Shown here in pieces: positions 59,491 to 64,000 of a stretch of DNA of 64,000 nucleotides. The first letter of the stretch is position 1. Each line of letters starts with the position of its first letter. Both the position numbers and the translations under genes were made by a program. The DNA is from Chitinophagaceae bacterium (GTDB taxonomy: Bacteria > Bacteroidota > Bacteroidia > Cytophagales > Cytophagaceae). The notes under the pieces were generated by a model, which worked only from the letters and a program-made list of their open reading frames with translations, was not told the DNA's origin and searched no databases. The DNA lies in NCBI GenBank assembly GCA_028288365.1, contig JAQBNU010000098.1, positions 92,134-156,133 of the forward strand, read 5' to 3'.

Positions 59491-60780
59491 TTAGATGATC
59501 ATTCCGGCACCTACTGTTTCATTGGTAAACTCATCGATGAGGATGACGCTTCCAGTGAAACGGTTTTTGTTGTAGCTGTCATAAAATAAAGGAGAAGTGG
59601 TACGAATCAGAATACGACCAATGTCATTCAATCCGATCGTTGTATCGTCTTCTACACGGTGGAGTGTATTGATGTTCATTTTATAGCGTACATCTTTTAT
59701 AATGCAACGCGCTTCTTTCGTGGTGTGGCGAATGACGTATTTACCGTTGGGTACCAGTTGTTTTTCATTGAGCCAGCAGATCATGAGTTCTACATCCTGG
59801 CTGTTTTGCGGTTGGTTGTTGGCCTTCACCAACATGTCGCCTCTGCTGATGTCAATTTCAGTTTCCAGTGTAATGGTGACAGACATAGGAGGATAAGCTT
59901 CTGCCAATTGGCCATCGATGGTTTCGATGGTTTTGATTTTAGAAGAAAATCCGGAAGGCAACGCCACCACTTCATCGCCAGGTTTGAATACGCCACCTTC
60001 TACGCGTCCTGCATAACCTCTGAAATCATGGAACTCATCGCTTTGAGGACGAATCACATATTGCACAGGGAAACGCGCATCAACAAAATTCTGATCGCTG
60101 CTGATGTTTACATTCTCCAAGGTATGCAACAAGGTGCTGCCTTCGTACCAAGCCATGTTTTCAGAACGATCCACTACGTTATCTCCCATCAAAGCAGAGA
60201 TCGGAATGAAACGAATATCAGGTATGGATAATTTAGAAGCGAAGTCTTTATAGTCTTGTTGTATTTTTTCAAACACCTCTTGTTTGAAATTTACCAGGTC
60301 CATCTTGTTGATACAAACGATCACGTGTTTTATTTGTAACAAAGAAGCTATAAAGCTGTGGCGGCAAGTTTGTTCAATGACACCCTTACGCGCATCCACT
60401 AAGATGATGGCTAAGTTTGCTGTGGAGGCACCAGTCACCATGTTACGAGTATACTGTATATGTCCTGGTGTATCGGAGATGATGAATTTTCTTTTTGGAG
60501 TAGCGAAGTAACGGTATGCCACGTCAATTGTAATACCTTGTTCGCGTTCTGCACGTAAGCCATCCGTCAATAAAGAAAGATCTACATAACCTTTGCCTTT
60601 TCGGTTGCTGACTTCTTCAATGGCATCCATTTGATCTTCAAAAATGGCTTTGCTGTCATAAAGTAAGCGACCAATGAGTGTACTTTTTCCATCGTCCACA
60701 CTACCGGCGGTAGTGAAGCGTAGCAAGTCCATTTCCAGGTATTTTTGAGAATCTATTTTTTCTTCAATTTCAGTATTCAT
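59491..60780 (-). CDS. cysN: Sulfate adenylyltransferase subunit 1 (GTPase)
   Basis: G1 motif AGSVDDGKST. EF-Tu-like GTPase domain. Confidence 0.92.
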   Translation of the reverse strand: MNTEIEEKIDSQKYLEMDLLRFTTAGSVDDGKSTLIGRLLYDSKAIFEDQMDAIEEVSNRKGKGYVDLSLLTDGLRAEREQGITIDVAYRYFATPKRKFIISDTPGHIQYTRNMVTGASTANLAIILVDARKGVIEQTCRHSFIASLLQIKHVIVCINKMDLVNFKQEVFEKIQQDYKDFASKLSIPDIRFIPISALMGDNVVDRSENMAWYEGSTLLHTLENVNISSDQNFVDARFPVQYVIRPQSDEFHDFRGYAGRVEGGVFKPGDEVVALPSGFSSKIKTIETIDGQLAEAYPPMSVTITLETEIDISRGDMLVKANNQPQNSQDVELMICWLNEKQLVPNGKYVIRHTTKEARCIIKDVRYKMNINTLHRVEDDTTIGLNDIGRILIRTTSPLFYDSYNKNRFTGSVILIDEFTNETVGAGMII

Positions 60781-60809
60781 GATCGGTAATGCTTCTTAAT
60801 GAGTATTAA

Positions 60810-61715
60810 TTAAAAGTAACCTTGTTTCTTGCGGTCTTCCATGGCTGCTTCAGAACGTTTGTCGTCTGCTCTGGTACCACGCTCTGTCTGACGCGCCGAC
60901 GCTACTTCTTGAATGATGTCATCCAGGTTGTCTGCTGTTGATTCAACCGCTCCTGTGCAAGTCATGTCTCCAACGGTGCGAAAACGCACTATTCTTTCTT
61001 CGTATTTCTCGTCGTTTAATAAAGTGATGAAATCAGATTTTGCCAGTAGTGCCCCATCACGAACTACAATTTCTCTTTTGTGCGTAAAGTAAAGGTTTGG
61101 AATATCCAGTTTTTCGCTGGCAATGTATTGCCACACGTCCATCTCTGTCCAGTTGCTCAAAGGGAACACACGGAAATGTTCACCTGGATTTTTTCTTCCG
61201 TTGAACAAGTTCCATAATTCAGGACGTTGGTTTTTAGGATCCCATTGTCCGAACTCATCACGGTGTGAAAAGAAACGTTCTTTCGCACGTGCTTTTTCTT
61301 CGTCTCTTCTTCCTCCGCCAAAAGCGGCATCAAATTTAAATTCTTCGATGGCATCCAATAGTGTAATGGTTTGCAATCCATTGCGACTTGGGTTTGGTCC
61401 TTTTTCGTCCTGTGCGCGACCCTTGTCAATAGAGTCCTGTACATAGCGAACGATAAGGTTTGCACCAAGTTTAGCGACCATGTCATCTCTGAATTCTATG
61501 GCTTCCACAAAGTTGTGCCCTGTATCGATGTGCATAAGAGGGAAAGGAAACTTTGCAGGAGCAAATGCTTTTTGAGCCAGCCTTACCATGACAATAGAGT
61601 CTTTACCTCCTGAAAAAAGCAAGACTGGTTTTTCAAACTGAGCAGCTACTTCGCGCATGATGAAGATTGCTTCTGCTTCCAGTTGTTTAAGGTGTGTGAG
61701 ATTATAAGATTGCAT
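60810..61715 (-). CDS. cysD: Sulfate adenylyltransferase subunit 2
   Basis: PAPS-reductase-like PP-loop FSGGKDS. 301 aa. Confidence 0.92.
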   Translation of the reverse strand: MQSYNLTHLKQLEAEAIFIMREVAAQFEKPVLLFSGGKDSIVMVRLAQKAFAPAKFPFPLMHIDTGHNFVEAIEFRDDMVAKLGANLIVRYVQDSIDKGRAQDEKGPNPSRNGLQTITLLDAIEEFKFDAAFGGGRRDEEKARAKERFFSHRDEFGQWDPKNQRPELWNLFNGRKNPGEHFRVFPLSNWTEMDVWQYIASEKLDIPNLYFTHKREIVVRDGALLAKSDFITLLNDEKYEERIVRFRTVGDMTCTGAVESTADNLDDIIQEVASARQTERGTRADDKRSEAAMEDRKKQGYF

Positions 61716-61728
61716 GTGTATAGATTTC

Positions 61729-62319
61729 TTAATGGGTAATGAGTGGTGTTACTGCTCGCAGTATGTCGTTCTTGCATTCTTCCAATGAAGCCAGATCAGT
61801 ATGTACTTCAATAGATGGATGGGTAGGGTATTCAAAAGGTGAATCAATACCGGTGAAGTTTTTGATCTCACCTCTACGCGCTTTTTGATACAAGCCTTTT
61901 ACATCGCGCTGCTCACATATTTCCAATGGACAATTAATGAATACTTCGAAATAATCTTTGCCTACTATTTCTTTCGCCATGCTACGAATTTCTTCCGTCG
62001 GACTGATGAGCGAACAAATGGTGATGATGCCGTTGTTGGCAAATAGTTTGGCAACTTCTGCAGCGCGTCGAATGTTTTCCTTACGATCTGCTTCAGAAAA
62101 TCCAAGGTTATTATTGATGCCTGTTCTAAGGTTATCTCCGTCCAATAGCATCGTGATTTTACCTGACTGGTGTAAATCATGTTCAAGTGCTTTGGCAACG
62201 GTACTTTTTCCGGAGCCGGATAGACCAACGAACCAGAGCACAATACCTTTCTGTTTCAGTAAGGCCTCTTTCGAAGCGCGTTCTAAAACCTGATCAAATA
62301 TGGGATAGATGTTTTCCAT
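61729..62319 (-). CDS. cysC: Adenylyl-sulfate (APS) kinase
   Basis: Walker [10 protein letters not shown]. 196 aa. Confidence 0.92.
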   Translation of the reverse strand: MENIYPIFDQVLERASKEALLKQKGIVLWFVGLSGSGKSTVAKALEHDLHQSGKITMLLDGDNLRTGINNNLGFSEADRKENIRRAAEVAKLFANNGIITICSLISPTEEIRSMAKEIVGKDYFEVFINCPLEICEQRDVKGLYQKARRGEIKNFTGIDSPFEYPTHPSIEVHTDLASLEECKNDILRAVTPLITH

Positions 62320-62498
62320 GTGTACTTAGGGACTGCAAAAATACATCTTTTCTCGTAATAAAAGAATAAAATTTGGTTGAATCACTTTCTAAAAGATTCA
62401 CAGTGAAAGGCATTGACCAAAGAAAATTGCCTTCTGGCGAAAGGTTTGAATCACGAACCAGTGGCTTGTGCTGAATCACAGAAACATAATTCTAACAA

Positions 62499-63335
62499 AT
62501 GGCATTTTTACGAAATTTCAAATATGCGCTTCCTTTCTTTATAATTCTGTACTTTTGTAGGAAACGGTCCTTCATGAAACAAGAATTGATAGCCCTGGCA
62601 CTGAAAGCAGGAGAGAAAATCATGGATATATATCTTCACGATGACTTTCATGAAAGCATTGATTTTAAGTCTGATCATTCTCCATTGACCAAGGCGGATA
62701 AAGCTTCTCATCACATCATAGACGAGGGGTTAAAAAAACTCTGGCCCGAAATACCTGTCTTATCCGAAGAAGGAAAGTTGATGGATTATGAAGAGAGAAA
62801 GCAATGGAATAAATTTTGGCTCGTCGATCCGCTGGATGGAACCAAAGAATTCATCAAACGCAACGGACAGTTTACGGTCAACATTGCATTGATTGAAAAT
62901 GGGTATCCTGTATTGGGACTCGTATATGTACCTGTTCAAAAGGTGCTCTATTGGGGCGATGCAGAAGGAGCAAGCAAGGTTTCGGAAGGCGTAGAAACAC
63001 CTATAAAAGTAAAACAATCGGATACTGATATAACAGCAGTAGGCAGTCGCTCACACAGTTCGCAGGAAGAAGCAGATGTGATGTCTAAGTACCAAGTTGA
63101 ACATACTGTAGCGGTAGGCAGTTCGATTAAGTTTTGCATGGTGGCCGAAGGTACTGCAGACTTGTATTACAGGCATGGTCCTACCATGGAATGGGATTCT
63201 GCTGCAGGTCAGGCGGTAGTTGAAGCTGCGGGAGGCCGTGTCTTGTTGCCGGATGGGAAACGATTCCGCTACAACAAAGAGAGTTTATTGAACAGTTCTT
63301 TTTTCTGTCTGGGAGGATTAAGATTTCTGAATTGA
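62499..63335 (+). CDS. cysQ: 3'(2'),5'-bisphosphate nucleotidase CysQ (inositol monophosphatase family)
   Basis: WLVDPLDGTKEF and CysQ-family metal-binding motifs. True start probably MKQEL near 62574. Confidence 0.8.
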   Translation: MAFLRNFKYALPFFIILYFCRKRSFMKQELIALALKAGEKIMDIYLHDDFHESIDFKSDHSPLTKADKASHHIIDEGLKKLWPEIPVLSEEGKLMDYEERKQWNKFWLVDPLDGTKEFIKRNGQFTVNIALIENGYPVLGLVYVPVQKVLYWGDAEGASKVSEGVETPIKVKQSDTDITAVGSRSHSSQEEADVMSKYQVEHTVAVGSSIKFCMVAEGTADLYYRHGPTMEWDSAAGQAVVEAAGGRVLLPDGKRFRYNKESLLNSSFFCLGGLRFLN

Positions 63336-64000
63336 TGGAACAGCGCGGACCTCAGCTTATTTTATGTGAAGACGGGTCACATACTGTTTTTTTACCTGAC
63401 CTTCATGAAACGTATCATTCTACTCGTGGTGCAATACCGGAATCCATTCATGTCTACATAAAAAATGGATATATACCCAAACTTCAATCGGATACTTTGC
63501 GTGTGCTGGAGATTGGTTACGGAACGGGTTTGAACGCTTTACTCTCCGCCATGGAAGCGAAAGAGAAAGGACAGGATACTATTTACCATAGCCTGGAACC
63601 TTATCCTTTGCCGGAGGAGATTTGGAGTAAATTGAATTATGGTCAGTTGCTTTCAGAAGAAAAACTCTGGCAGGAATTGAATGCTTGTTCCTGGAATGAA
63701 ACGCATGCACTGACTACTCACTTTCAATTGTATAAAGACAAAGTGAAACTGGAAGACGTAAATTTACCTGCATCGTATTTTGACGTGGTATATTTTGATG
63801 GTTTTGCACCAAGAAAACAAGCGGAACTATGGAATGTAAACAATCTCGATAAATTATTTCAGGCTATGAAATCCGGTTCAAGATTGGTGACATACACGGC
63901 AAAGGCACAATTGAGGCGGGATTTGAAGCAGGTAGGATTTGAGGCAACATTAGTGAAAGGACCTCCGGGTAAAAAAGAAATGATCTTGGCAATCAAAAAA
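63335..64000 (+). CDS. MnmC-like SAM-dependent methyltransferase (DUF752 / tRNA mnm5s2U methyltransferase domain), 3' end beyond the window
   Basis: Motifs LEIGYGTGLNAL and FDVVYFDGFAPRKQAELWNV...GSRLVTYTAKAQLRRDLKQVGFEA. ATG overlaps the cysQ stop. Confidence 0.65.
   Translation, partial: MEQRGPQLILCEDGSHTVFLPDLHETYHSTRGAIPESIHVYIKNGYIPKLQSDTLRVLEIGYGTGLNALLSAMEAKEKGQDTIYHSLEPYPLPEEIWSKLNYGQLLSEEKLWQELNACSWNETHALTTHFQLYKDKVKLEDVNLPASYFDVVYFDGFAPRKQAELWNVNNLDKLFQAMKSGSRLVTYTAKAQLRRDLKQVGFEATLVKGPPGKKEMILAIKK

Noticed and set aside
1-64000. CRISPR arrays and rRNA genes
   Set aside because: No regularly spaced direct repeats of CRISPR type and no rRNA-like sequence anywhere in the window.

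Overview
This 64-kb window is a Bacteroidota-type chromosomal segment (split KdpD sensor, T9SS C-terminal sorting domains, SusC-like TonB receptor followed by a DUF4249 protein, AT-rich intergenic DNA). There is no CRISPR array and no rRNA. Core genes in order: an ECF sigma factor (partial) and an LPS/polysaccharide cluster (O-antigen-ligase-like protein, polysaccharide deacetylase, GT2); ahcY, a birA-like gene, rsfS, ftsH, a LUD-domain protein and an lpxH-like gene; a TonB-dependent receptor with a DUF4249 lipoprotein; a complete minus-strand kdp locus (tandem kdpF-like peptides, kdpA, kdpB, kdpC, porin, split KdpD, histidine kinase), separated from a sigma-54-dependent response regulator by an uncharacterised five-gene operon (two paralogous small proteins, a 35-aa membrane peptide, a divergent aspartokinase, a 117-aa protein); a porin-like outer-membrane protein, a DUF1905 protein, a T9SS lectin/discoidin cargo protein, a lipid kinase and a kinase-like hypothetical; then tRNA-Arg(ACG). 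The major accessory feature is a ~19.6-kb integrative island inserted at the 3' end of tRNA-Arg. It is bounded by ~59-bp imperfect direct repeats (34146-34204 and 53663-53721) and carries a tyrosine integrase, an excisionase-like HTH protein, a DUF3987 P-loop protein, a pseudogene remnant flanked by GTGCCA-repeat inverted repeats, a GNAT acetyltransferase, a hybrid 7TM histidine kinase/receiver/LuxR protein, a lone receiver, an OMP, an Lnt-like N-acyltransferase, two T9SS cargo proteins, and an AT-rich plus-strand module of small secreted and membrane proteins including a membrane-anchored J-domain protein under an XRE regulator. Downstream of the island lie a flotillin, an OmpA/TolB-like protein, the sulfate-activation genes cysN-cysD-cysC with a divergent cysQ, and a partial MnmC-like methyltransferase. 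A palindromic motif CTTTC-GTTTT-GAAAG occurs three times, upstream of both the kdp operon and the neighbouring operon.
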